Shown here one piece after another: positions 22,130 through 30,871 of a DNA stretch of 64,000 bases. Made by a program: the position numbers and the translations under genes. Numbering within the stretch: the stretch's first letter is position 1; each line of letters opens with the position of its first letter. The DNA is from an uncultured Gammaproteobacteria bacterium (GTDB lineage: Bacteria; Pseudomonadota; Gammaproteobacteria; Steroidobacterales; Steroidobacteraceae): contig CAVTNX010000026.1 of assembly GCA_963736205.1 (NCBI GenBank), positions 2,956-66,955 of the forward strand, written 5' to 3'. The notes under the pieces are model-generated. The model worked only from the letters and a program-made list of their open reading frames with translations. It did not search any database and had not been told where the DNA came from.

Positions 22130-23176
22130 TCAGTCCAGGGCTTGCGCGAAAACGTCGCGCAGCACGTCGGTCTCCTTCAGGAATGCGTCGTGGCCATAGA
22201 GCGAACTGATCTCGACCAGCCGGCAGTTGCCTGCCAGGCGGTCGCGCAGCTCGCGCATGTCGGAAAGCGGCACCAGTTGGTCCTCAACCACGGCGACCAG
22301 GGTCACGGGCACGTTGATTGCCGCCGGGTCGACGCGGTGCAGGTCGATCGACTCGGACAGGCAGACGAAGGCTTCGGGCCGGTACTGTGCCGCATAGGCC
22401 TCACCGCGCGCAAAGAGGTAGGACTCCACCGGGAAGCGGAAGCCCTGCGTCGTCTGCTCCGGAGGACCGGAGAATCGCTCCTCGAATTCACGTGAAGAAC
22501 GGTAGGTTGCCATCGCGAGAGCCCGCGCGAATGCCAGGCCGCGCTGCCCCTCGCCGTGGCCGAGCGCATAGCGCACGAACGCGCGCTGCACGCTGCGCCA
22601 GGCCGTGGACATCGGGTGCGTCCGGTGAGCGGCGCTGATCACGACCGCGTGCCGCAGTCGCGCCGGATGCCGCTCGGCGAGTGCCAGCGCCACCATTCCG
22701 CCGTAAGAGGCGCCGATGCAGCCGTGCAGCTGCTCGAGGCCGAGCCGGCCCAACAGGCCCACGATCATCGCTGCCTGGTCGTAGGCGCTGACGGTCGGAA
22801 AGGCCTCTCCTGCCCCGGGGCCCGAGGTCGAGTGACTGCCGCCGAGGAAGTCGATGCCGAGTACCCGGTATCGGTCGGTATCCAGCGCCCTGCCCGGCCC
22901 GATGCTCTCTTCCCACCAGCCGCCGGGCTCGCCCGGCAGGCCGAATACGTACCGCCCGGCCGAGATGCCGCCGAGGACCGCGACCACCGGGGCCCCCGAC
23001 CGGCCGGCCAGGCGGTAGGCGACATCTACAGCCTCGAGACTGCCGCCGAAATGCAGCGGAAACGCAGCTGCGAGCCGCTGCACGGCGCTCACGCACTCGT
23101 ACCCATCGGGGACTCGCCCGACGGGCAAACTCGAATCGGCTGCAGCGCTGGGCGACATGTCGCGAACGTACTCCAT
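22130..23176 (-). CDS. metX: Homoserine O-acyltransferase MetX (alpha/beta hydrolase)
   Basis: GGISAGRY.., GASYGGMVALA nucleophile elbow, SSLYGHDAFLKE. The start is uncertain (ATG 23176 or 23158); the longer ORF to 23362 would run into the riboswitch. Confidence 0.85.
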   Translation of the reverse strand: MEYVRDMSPSAAADSSLPVGRVPDGYECVSAVQRLAAAFPLHFGGSLEAVDVAYRLAGRSGAPVVAVLGGISAGRYVFGLPGEPGGWWEESIGPGRALDTDRYRVLGIDFLGGSHSTSGPGAGEAFPTVSAYDQAAMIVGLLGRLGLEQLHGCIGASYGGMVALALAERHPARLRHAVVISAAHRTHPMSTAWRSVQRAFVRYALGHGEGQRGLAFARALAMATYRSSREFEERFSGPPEQTTQGFRFPVESYLFARGEAYAAQYRPEAFVCLSESIDLHRVDPAAINVPVTLVAVVEDQLVPLSDMRELRDRLAGNCRLVEISSLYGHDAFLKETDVLRDVFAQALD

Positions 23177-23282
23177 CGGCGACCCGTCCAGGGGCCGCCC
23201 GGCAAGCTTCGAGACTCGCGTGGAGCACGATGGTCGCCACGACCGACATCCCCGGCAGCGAACCGGGGCAGCTTCGCGGCAA

Positions 23283-23393
23283 CTCATCTGTCGGTGGACC
23301 GTGTCCCCGTGGAGTTGGCACCTTTTCGGGAGGGTTGGTCCCGACGGTTGCCCCGGCTTCAAAGGGCCATTCCCTCAGCCGGTCTCGATGAGC
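23283..23393 (-). promoter_or_regulatory. SAM-I (S-box) riboswitch aptamer in the metX-metB leader
   Basis: The minus-strand RNA is CUCAUCGAGACCGGCUGAGGGAAUGGCCCUUUGAAGCCGGGGCAACC..AAGGUGCCAACUCC..CAGAUGAG. It matches the conserved SAM-I core (AUC.AGA..GG..GAGGGA.UGGCCC..UGAA.CC.GGCAACC...GGUGCCAA.UCC...GAUGAG) with a closing P1 CUCAUC/GAUGAG. Confidence 0.85.
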
Positions 23394-23399
23394 GCGCGA

Positions 23400-23429
23400 A
23401 GTTTAGGTGGCGCCGGCTCGGAGCGTCAA
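23400..23429 (-). promoter_or_regulatory. Putative sigma70 promoter of the riboswitch-metXB transcript
   Basis: On the minus strand, TTGACG (23429-23424), an 18-nt spacer, then TAAACT (23405-23400). This places a transcription start a few nt before P1 of the riboswitch. Confidence 0.4.
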
Positions 23430-23497
23430 GACAAGGGGCTTGCCCCGGCGAGGGCGATGTATTAATGTAGTATCACGTTATTACATTGGACCACCCC

Positions 23498-23806
23498 ATG
23501 AAGACCCATCGCGGCATCTCGCAGCGGCAGGAAGCCGCGGCTGAACGCTCGCTGTACCAGGCCGTGCTGACCCTTCGCACCATCGAGGAGTGTCGCGACT
23601 TCTTCCGCGACCTGTGCACACCGGCCGAGCTGCAGGCGCTGACCGACCGCTGGAACGTAGTCGGGCTCCTGCAGCAGGGTATCCCCTACCGGGAGATCCA
23701 CCGCGTCAGCGGCGTGAGCGTCACGACGATCGGCCGGGTCGCGCGCTACCTGGGCGGTGGCAACGGCGGCTATGCGCTGGCGGCCCGCCGCCTGTCGGAG
23801 CGCTGA
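23498..23806 (+). CDS. YerC/YecD-family TrpR-like DNA-binding protein
   Basis: About 102 aa. LRTIEECRDFFRDLCTPAELQALTDRWNVVGLL..GIPYREIHRVSGVSVTTIGRVARYL is the TrpR-related YerC/YecD signature. The stop is 1 nt before the hisG ATG. Confidence 0.75.
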   Translation: MKTHRGISQRQEAAAERSLYQAVLTLRTIEECRDFFRDLCTPAELQALTDRWNVVGLLQQGIPYREIHRVSGVSVTTIGRVARYLGGGNGGYALAARRLSER

Positions 23807-23807
23807 A

Positions 23808-24707
23808 ATGGAACGCAAGCAGCGCCTGCGCATCGCGATCCAGAAGTCCGGGCGGCTCACCGAAAACTCGCTGGACCTGCTGGAGCGTTGCGGTCTCAAG
23901 TACAGCCGCGGCAAGGACCAGCTGATGTGCTACGGGGAGAACATGCCGCTCGACGTGCTGTTCGTCCGCGACGACGACATCCCGGACCTGGTCCAGGAAG
24001 ACGTCTGCGACCTCGGCATCGTCGGGATCAACGTCATCGACGAGAAGCGGCTGGCGATGTCGGCGCGCGGCACCGAGCCCGGCTTCGAACTGGTGCAGCG
24101 CATGGACTTCGGGCGCTGCAGGCTGTCCATCGCGGTGCCGGACGACTATCCGTACCAGGGCCTGCAGAGCATAGCCGGCCGGCGTATCGCAACGACCTAT
24201 CCCAATACCCTCGCGCGCTTCCTGCGCGAGAATTCGCTCGAGGCCGAGATCGTGACCCTGTCCGGGGCCGTCGAAATCGCCCCGCGCCTCGGCCGTGCCG
24301 ACCTCATCTGCGACCTGGTGTCCACCGGGTCCACGCTGTCGGCCAACCACCTCCGGGAAGTCACGACCGTGCTCGAGAGCGAAGCGGCGCTGATCCGCAC
24401 GCCGGTGCCCCTGCCGGACGAAAAGGCCGACTGGGTACGCCGGTTGCTGCTGCGCATCGACGGCGTGCAGCAGGTTCGCGAGAGCAAGTACATCATGCTG
24501 CACGCGCCCCGCTCGGCGCTCGCAGAGATCCGGAAGCTGCTGCCGGGCAGCGAATCCCCGACGGTCATCCCGCTCGAGGGGCCGGGCAACAAGGTTGCGA
24601 TCCACGCCGTGTGCCGGGAGAACGTATTCTGGGAGACCCTCGAGAGCCTCAAGGCGGCCGGAGCCAGCGCGGTGCTGGTCCTGCCGGTGGAGAAGATGCT
24701 GGCATGA
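23808..24707 (+). CDS. hisG: ATP phosphoribosyltransferase (long form)
   Basis: 299 aa. RIAIQKSGRL, DLVSTGSTL, and a C-terminal regulatory domain. Confidence 0.95.
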   Translation: MERKQRLRIAIQKSGRLTENSLDLLERCGLKYSRGKDQLMCYGENMPLDVLFVRDDDIPDLVQEDVCDLGIVGINVIDEKRLAMSARGTEPGFELVQRMDFGRCRLSIAVPDDYPYQGLQSIAGRRIATTYPNTLARFLRENSLEAEIVTLSGAVEIAPRLGRADLICDLVSTGSTLSANHLREVTTVLESEAALIRTPVPLPDEKADWVRRLLLRIDGVQQVRESKYIMLHAPRSALAEIRKLLPGSESPTVIPLEGPGNKVAIHAVCRENVFWETLESLKAAGASAVLVLPVEKMLA

Positions 24708-26028
24708 GCACGACGCTGAAACCGATAGACTGGTCTGCCCTCGGCGACGAGCAGCGTCGGGAGCTCCTGCGTCGGCCGGCGCAGCGCGACACGGGCACGC
24801 TGCTCGCCAGCGCCGCGCTGATCGTCGACCAGGTGCGCAGTCGCGGCGACGCGGCGCTGCGCGAGTACACGGCGCGGTTCGACGGGGTCACGCTCGAGTC
24901 GCTCGCCGTGACCGCGGCCGAGTTCGACGAAGCGGCCGCCGACATCACCCGCGAGCAACTCGCCGCGCTGCGCCGCGCGATCGAGACCGTGACGCGCTTT
25001 CACGAGACCCAGTCGCTGGAGCCGGTGCGCGTCCAGACGGCGCCCGGCGTGAACTGCGAGCGCGTGTTCGTGCCGATCGATGCCGTCGGCCTGTACGTGC
25101 CGGCCGGCACCGCGCCGCTGCCCTCCACCGCCATCATGCTCGCAGTGCCGGCGCGCCTGGCTCGATGCCCGCTGCGTGTGCTGTGCACGCCGCCCCGGCC
25201 GGATGGTCGCGCGGACCCTGCCGTGCTGCTGGCGGCACGGCTCTGTGGAATCGACACCGTGTTCAAGGTTGGCGGCGCCCAGGCGATCGCTGCCATGGCC
25301 TACGGCACCGAGAGCGTGCCGAAGGTGAACAAGGTGTTCGGGCCCGGAAACTCATGGGTCACGGCGGCCAAGCAACTGGTGGCCGCCGACGCGGACGGGG
25401 CCGCGCTCGACATGCCGGCGGGACCGTCCGAGGTGCTGGTCATTGCCGACGATGCGGCGACCGCCGGGTTCGTCGCCGCGGACCTCTCGCCCAGGCCGAG
25501 CACAGCGAGGATGCGCAGGTGGTGCTGGTCACGACCACGCGTGGATTCGCCGAGCAGTGCATCGCCGAGGTGGAGCGCCAGCTTGCCTCCCTGCCCCGGC
25601 GCGAGATCGCGGCGCGTGCCATTGCCGGCAGCCGGGTCATCCTGGTTCCCGACCTCGACACCGCGCTCGAGGTGAGCAACCTGTACGCCCCGGAGCACCT
25701 GATACTGCAGGTGCGATCACCGCGCCGCTGGCTCGAGCGGGTCCGCAACGCGGGTTCCGTGTTCCTCGGCGCCTGGACGCCCGAGACCATGGGCGACTAC
25801 TGCAGCGGCACCAACCACGTGTTGCCCACCTACGGGCATGCCCGTGCCTACAGCGGCCTCGGCGTGCTCGATTTCGTCCGCCGCATGACCGTCCAGGAAG
25901 TCACGCCGGAGGGCCTCGCGGACCTCGGGCTCACGGCCCGCGTGCTCGCCCGGCTCGAGGCACTCGAGGGCCACGCCAACGCGGTCACGGTCCGCCTCGA
26001 CGCCATCGCCGCCGGGACACAACAATGA
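24704..26028 (+). pseudogene. hisD: Histidinol dehydrogenase, interrupted by a -1 frameshift near 25486 as assembled
   Basis: The N-terminal 260 aa are in the 23888..25675 frame and the C-terminal part (..AQAEHSEDAQVVLVTT..HANAV..) is in the 24595..26028 frame. The break falls inside the conserved ADL(L)AQAEH motif. Length is 1325 nt (3n-1). ATGA overlaps with hisG and hisC are kept. Confidence 0.85.
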
Positions 26029-27080
26029 GCTCGGTGCTTGCGCTGGCCCGTCCCGACATCCTGGAACTGCAGCCCTACCAGCACGCGGCGTGGGACCCGT
26101 CGCACGAGCGCATGCATGCCAACGAGATGCCCTGGCGTGCACAAGGCGACAACAGCGACGCCGGCCTTAACCGCTATCCTGAGCCGCAGCCGCGGGCGCT
26201 GGTGGAACGCATGGCACGCCTGTACGGGGTGCCCGCGGGCCAGCTGCTGGTCGGACGCGGCAGCGACGAGGCGATCGACCTGCTGGTGCGAGCTTTCTGC
26301 CGTGCGGGTATCGACAGCGTCGTGACCTGCCCGCCGACCTTCGGCTTCTACAAGGTCGCCGCCCGGATCCAGGGTGCCGCTGTGATCGAGGTGCCGTTGC
26401 GCGGCGAGGATTTCCTGCTCGACATGCGCGGCGTGATCGATGCCGGCGCGCGCGCGAAGATCGTGTTCCTGTGTTCCCCCAACAACCCTACCGGGAGGCT
26501 GCTCGACGAGCCGGACATTCTCGCGATCTGCCGTGCGCTCGAAGGCCGCGCGCTGGTCTGCCTGGACGAGGCCTATCTCGAGTTCTCGGGGCGTGCCAGC
26601 CTGGCAAGCCGGATCGGTGAGTATCCGAACCTCGTGATCCTGCGCACGCTCTCCAAGGCCTACGCACTCGCTGGCGCGCGTTGCGGCACGCTGGTCGCGG
26701 CCGAGGAGATCGTCGCGCTGCTGAAGCGCATCATCCCCCCCTACGCAATTCCGTCGTCCACCGTCGAGGACGTGCTGCGACTCACCGAGGCACCCCAACA
26801 GGCGATATCCGCGGAACGCATCCGTACGATCCTCGACGAGCGTGAGCGGATGCGACTGCGCCTGGTCGACATGCCTTCGGTGCTGCGGGTATTCGGCTCG
26901 GACGCCAATTTCCTGCTGGTCCGCTTCAAGAATGCACGCAGCACGCTGGAGGCCGGCAAGTCCGCCGGACTCCTGGTCCGGGACTTCAGCCAGGCACCGC
27001 GACTCGAGGGTTGCCTGCGCATTTCCGTCGGGACGCCCGAACAGAACGAGCGGCTGCTGGCCGCGCTGGAGCGCGCATGA
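26025..27080 (+). CDS. hisC: Histidinol-phosphate aminotransferase
   Basis: 351 aa. NRYPEPQP, SPNNPTG, RTLSKAYALAGARCG (PLP lysine). Confidence 0.9.
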   Translation: MSSVLALARPDILELQPYQHAAWDPSHERMHANEMPWRAQGDNSDAGLNRYPEPQPRALVERMARLYGVPAGQLLVGRGSDEAIDLLVRAFCRAGIDSVVTCPPTFGFYKVAARIQGAAVIEVPLRGEDFLLDMRGVIDAGARAKIVFLCSPNNPTGRLLDEPDILAICRALEGRALVCLDEAYLEFSGRASLASRIGEYPNLVILRTLSKAYALAGARCGTLVAAEEIVALLKRIIPPYAIPSSTVEDVLRLTEAPQQAISAERIRTILDERERMRLRLVDMPSVLRVFGSDANFLLVRFKNARSTLEAGKSAGLLVRDFSQAPRLEGCLRISVGTPEQNERLLAALERA

Positions 27081-28147
27081 GCCTCGAACGCATCCTGTTC
27101 ATCGACCGCGACGGCACCTTGATCGAGGAACCCGACGACAAGCAGGTGGACAGCCTGGCCAAAGTACGGCTCGCGCGCGGCGTGATTGCCGCGCTGCTGG
27201 ACTTGAAGCGCGCCGGATATCGGCTGGTCCTCGTGAGCAACCAGGACGGCCTCGGCACGACGTCTTTTCCGGAATCGAGCTTTCGCGAACCGCAGGACTT
27301 CATGCGCGAGATCTTCGCGTCACAGGGTATCGAGTTCGAGGCGGAGTTCTTCTGCCCCCATTTCCCTGCCGACGACTGCGCCTGTCGCAAGCCCAGGACC
27401 GGGCTTCTCACCGAGTTCATGGCCGGCCGCAGCATCGACCTCGCGAGAAGCTACGTGATCGGGGACCGCCAGACCGACCTGGACCTCGCCGCGAATCTCG
27501 GCGTCAGCGGCATCCGCATCCACGGTGACGGTGGCGCGACCTGGATGGAGATTGCCGCCCGCCTGTGCCGGCCCGAACGCATCGCGCGAGTCGAACGCCG
27601 CACCAAGGAAACCGACATCACGGTGGCCGTCAACCTGGACCGCGAAGCGCCGGTCTCCATCTCGACCGGCATAGGCTTCTTCGACCACATGCTCGAGCAG
27701 GTGGCACGCCATGGCGCCTTTTCACTCGAGCTCAGCTGTAGCGGCGACCTAGGCGTCGACGAGCACCATACGGTCGAGGATTGCGCGCTGGCACTCGGCC
27801 AGGCGCTGCGCGAGGCGCTGGGAGAAAAGCGTGGCATCGGGCGCTATGGCTTCGTGCTGCCGATGGATGAAGCTGTTGCCCAGGTCGCCATCGACCTGTC
27901 GGGCCGGCCGTACGCCGTGTTCACGGGACGGTTCGGGCGCGACATCGTGGGCGCGCTGCCCACGGAACTGGTGCCGCACTTCTTCCGCTCGCTGGCCGAC
28001 AGCCTCGGCGCGGCGATCCACATCGAGGTCCGCGGCGAGAACACGCACCATATGATCGAGGCCTGCTTCAAGGGCGTTGGTCGCGCGCTGCGACGCGCGG
28101 TGCGGGTACGCGGCGACGAGCTGCCCAGCACCAAGGGCGTCCTGTGA
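27077..28147 (+). CDS. hisB: Bifunctional histidinol-phosphatase / imidazoleglycerol-phosphate dehydratase
   Basis: 356 aa. N-terminal HAD phosphatase (FIDRDGTLI) and C-terminal IGPD (GIGFFDHMLEQ, DEHHTVEDCALALG, ENTHHMIEACFK). Confidence 0.95.
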   Translation: MSLERILFIDRDGTLIEEPDDKQVDSLAKVRLARGVIAALLDLKRAGYRLVLVSNQDGLGTTSFPESSFREPQDFMREIFASQGIEFEAEFFCPHFPADDCACRKPRTGLLTEFMAGRSIDLARSYVIGDRQTDLDLAANLGVSGIRIHGDGGATWMEIAARLCRPERIARVERRTKETDITVAVNLDREAPVSISTGIGFFDHMLEQVARHGAFSLELSCSGDLGVDEHHTVEDCALALGQALREALGEKRGIGRYGFVLPMDEAVAQVAIDLSGRPYAVFTGRFGRDIVGALPTELVPHFFRSLADSLGAAIHIEVRGENTHHMIEACFKGVGRALRRAVRVRGDELPSTKGVL

Positions 28148-28157
28148 GCCGGCATCC

Positions 28158-28754
28158 GTGAGCAGCGTCGCCATCATCGACAACGGCGGAGCGAACATCG
28201 CCTCGTTGCGCTACGCGCTCGAGCGCCTGGGCGCCGACGCACGACTGACCGCCGATCCGGCGGTGCTGGAGGCCGCGCCGCGGGTGATCCTGCCAGGCGT
28301 CGGTGCCGCCGCGGCGGCAATGCAGCGCCTCGAGTCGCTCGGCCTGGTCCAGGCGATCCGTAACCTGCGGCAACCAATGCTCGGCATCTGCCTCGGCATG
28401 CAACTGCTCTTCGACACCAGCGAGGAAGGTGATACGTCCTGCCTCGGATTGCTGTCGGGCCGCGTGGAGCGCATCGCCGACCGCGACGCGTACCCGGTGC
28501 CGCACATGGGTTGGAACCAGCTCGAGTTCGGCTCGCCCGATCCACTGCTCAAAGGCATCGCGCGCGGCGACCATGTCTATTTCGTGCACAGCTATGCCGC
28601 GCCCGTCGGGCCGTGGACCGTCGCAACCGCAGACTATGGCGGATCCTTCTCGGCAGTCGTCCGCCGGGATAATTTCGTCGGCATGCAGTTCCATCCCGAG
28701 CGCTCCGGGGCGACGGGCGCCCGCCTGCTCGCGAACTTCCTGGAGGCCGGATGA
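28158..28754 (+). CDS. hisH: Imidazole glycerol phosphate synthase, glutaminase subunit
   Basis: GTG start at 28158. [16 protein letters not shown] (catalytic Cys), FHPERS. Confidence 0.9.
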   Translation: MSSVAIIDNGGANIASLRYALERLGADARLTADPAVLEAAPRVILPGVGAAAAAMQRLESLGLVQAIRNLRQPMLGICLGMQLLFDTSEEGDTSCLGLLSGRVERIADRDAYPVPHMGWNQLEFGSPDPLLKGIARGDHVYFVHSYAAPVGPWTVATADYGGSFSAVVRRDNFVGMQFHPERSGATGARLLANFLEAG

Positions 28755-29495
28755 TGCAACTGATACCGGCAATCGACCTGCGCGACGGCCGGGTCGTGCG
28801 GCTGCTGCAGGGCCGGTTCGACGCGGAGACCATTTACGCAGACGACCCGATGACGGTCCTCGACAACTATGCAGGACTGGGTGCGCGACTGGTGCACGTC
28901 GTGGACCTCGACGGCGCGCGTGCAGGGGCGCAGGGTAACGCTGCTGCGATCGCCGCGCTCGCTGCGTCCGGACGCGCGGCGCTGCAGGTCGGTGGCGGCG
29001 TTCGCAACCGCGACACGGTCAAGCGCCTGCTCGAGGCGGGAGTCGCCAGGGTCGTCGTCGGCAGCGCGGCCGTCTCCGAGCCTGTGGAGGTCGCATCCTG
29101 GCTGCAGGAGTTCGGACCCGACTGCGTGGTGCTCGCGTTCGACGTACGCGCTCGACGACACTGGAATACCGCGGCTGGCCACGCACGGCTGGGAACGCCA
29201 GACAGCGCTCAGCCTGTGGGATGCGGTCGGTCGTTTCGAACCGCACGGTCTGCGGCATGTGCTCTGCACCGACGTGGCACGCGACGGTGCGCTGTCCGGC
29301 CCGAACCAGGCGCTATACGAGGACGCGGTGCGCCGATACCCCGGGATCTGCTGGCAGGCGTCGGGAGGCGTGCGCGACGCCGACGACCTGCGAGCGCTCG
29401 CCTCCGCCGGTGTCTCCGGGGCGGTGAGCGGCCGGGCGCTGCTGGAAAAACGCATGCTGGCAGAGGAGTTGGCGCCATTCTTGCGAAGCGAATAA
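28751..29495 (+). pseudogene. hisA: ProFAR isomerase, interrupted by a +1 frameshift near 29149 as assembled
   Basis: The N-terminal part [25 protein letters not shown] is in frame 1. The C-terminal part [35 protein letters not shown] is in frame 2 and ends at 29495. Length is 745 nt (3n+1). Confidence 0.85.
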
Positions 29496-30244
29496 TTCCC
29501 TGCCTGGACGTGCGTGACGGCCAGGTCGTCAAGGGCGTGCGGTTCAGCGACCACCGCATCGTCGGCGACATCCTCGACCTTGCGAATCGCTATCGCACCG
29601 AGGGCGCGGATGAACTCGTCTTCTATGACATCACGGCGAGCCCCGAGGGCCGGTCGGTGGACCGGGACTGGGTATCGCGAGTCGCACGCGAGCTCGACAT
29701 CCCATTCTGCGTCGCGGGTGGCATCCGCGACGTGCGCGACGCAGAGGCGGTACTGAACGCGGGTGCCGAGAAGATCTCGGTCAATTCCCCCGCGCTTGCC
29801 GACCCTTCCCTCATCGGACGCCTGGCCAGGCGCTTCGGCTCGCAGTGCATCGTGGTCGGCGTGGACAGCCAGACCGTCGATCGTGACTACCTCGTCTACC
29901 AGTACACCGGAGACCCGAAGCGGTCCAGCAGCACGGCGCGTCGCACCCTGGACTGGGTCCGCGAGGCGCAGGATCGCGGTGCTGGCGAGATCGTGCTCAA
30001 CTGCATGGCGAGCGACGGCGTGCGCGAGGGCTACGATATCGAGCAGTTGCTGCTGGTCAGGGATGCCTGCCGCGTGCCGTTGATCGCCTCGGGTGGCGCC
30101 GGTGCCCCCGGGCATTTCGTCGATGTGTTCCTGCGCGCAAGGGTCGACGGCGCGCTGGCCGCCAGCGTGTTCCACTCGGGCGAGATCGCAATTCCAGAAC
30201 TCAAGCGGCAACTGGCTGCAGCGAATGTGGAGGTACGACCGTGA
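29477..30244 (+). CDS. hisF: Imidazole glycerol phosphate synthase, cyclase subunit; no canonical start codon (ATT at the expected position)
   Basis: (I)[22 protein letters not shown].. through ..[15 protein letters not shown] is full-length HisF. The codon at the usual Met position is ATT (29477-29479), preceded by a GAGGAG SD at 29463-29468. There is no ATG/GTG/TTG in frame nearby. Confidence 0.85.
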   Translation: MLAKRIIPCLDVRDGQVVKGVRFSDHRIVGDILDLANRYRTEGADELVFYDITASPEGRSVDRDWVSRVARELDIPFCVAGGIRDVRDAEAVLNAGAEKISVNSPALADPSLIGRLARRFGSQCIVVGVDSQTVDRDYLVYQYTGDPKRSSSTARRTLDWVREAQDRGAGEIVLNCMASDGVREGYDIEQLLLVRDACRVPLIASGGAGAPGHFVDVFLRARVDGALAASVFHSGEIAIPELKRQLAAANVEVRP

Positions 30245-30871
30245 CGCCGGATCAGGTTCGGACACTGGCCTGGGACAAGGGCGCGGGCCTGCTCCCGGCG
30301 ATCGTGCAGCACGCGCGCACCGGGCAGGTATTGATGCTCGCATTCATGAACCAGGAAGCGCTCCGCCTGACACTCTCCACCGGACGCGCGGTCTTCTTCA
30401 GTCGTTCGCGCGGCGAGCTGTGGACCAAGGGGGAAACCTCGGGCAACTACCTGAACGTGGTGGACGTCAGCATGGACTGCGACGCCGACGCGATACTGGT
30501 GCTCGCCGACCCGCTCGGCCCGACCTGCCACAATGGCACCGAGTCGTGCTTTGCCGATGCCGCGCCCACCGACGTGCAGACGCTCGGCTTCCTGCGCGTG
30601 CTCGAGACGACGATCGCCAACCGCATGGCGGAGAAGCCCGAAGGCAGCTATACCGCGCGACTGGTGGCCGAGGGTCCCGGGCGGATCGCGCAGAAAATCG
30701 GCGAGGAAGGCGTGGAGACTGCGCTTGCAGCCGTGACGCAGGGACGACGCGGGCCTGCTGTCGGAGTGCGCGGACCTCGTCTATCACCTGGTCGTGCTGC
30801 TGAAGTCGCGTAACCTCCAGCTCGACGACCTGGTCGCCGAATTACGCTCGCGACACGACCGGCGGCCCTGA
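30241..30871 (+). pseudogene. hisI: Bifunctional phosphoribosyl-AMP cyclohydrolase / phosphoribosyl-ATP pyrophosphatase, +1 frameshift at 30741-30743 as assembled
   Basis: The HisI part is intact (GELWTKGETSGN, CHNGTESCF). In the HisE part the frame changes at CAGGGACGAC. The shifted frame reads DDAGLLSECADLVYHLVVLLKSRNLQLDDLVAELRSRH and ends with TGA at 30869-30871. Length is 631 nt (3n+1). Confidence 0.85.

Noticed and set aside
23400-23810. His-codon leader peptide upstream of hisG
   Set aside because: There is no run of CAC/CAT codons. The space is occupied by the yerC-like ORF.
28634-30343. 569-aa ORF on the - strand
   Set aside because: Antisense to hisA/hisF. Shadow ORF.
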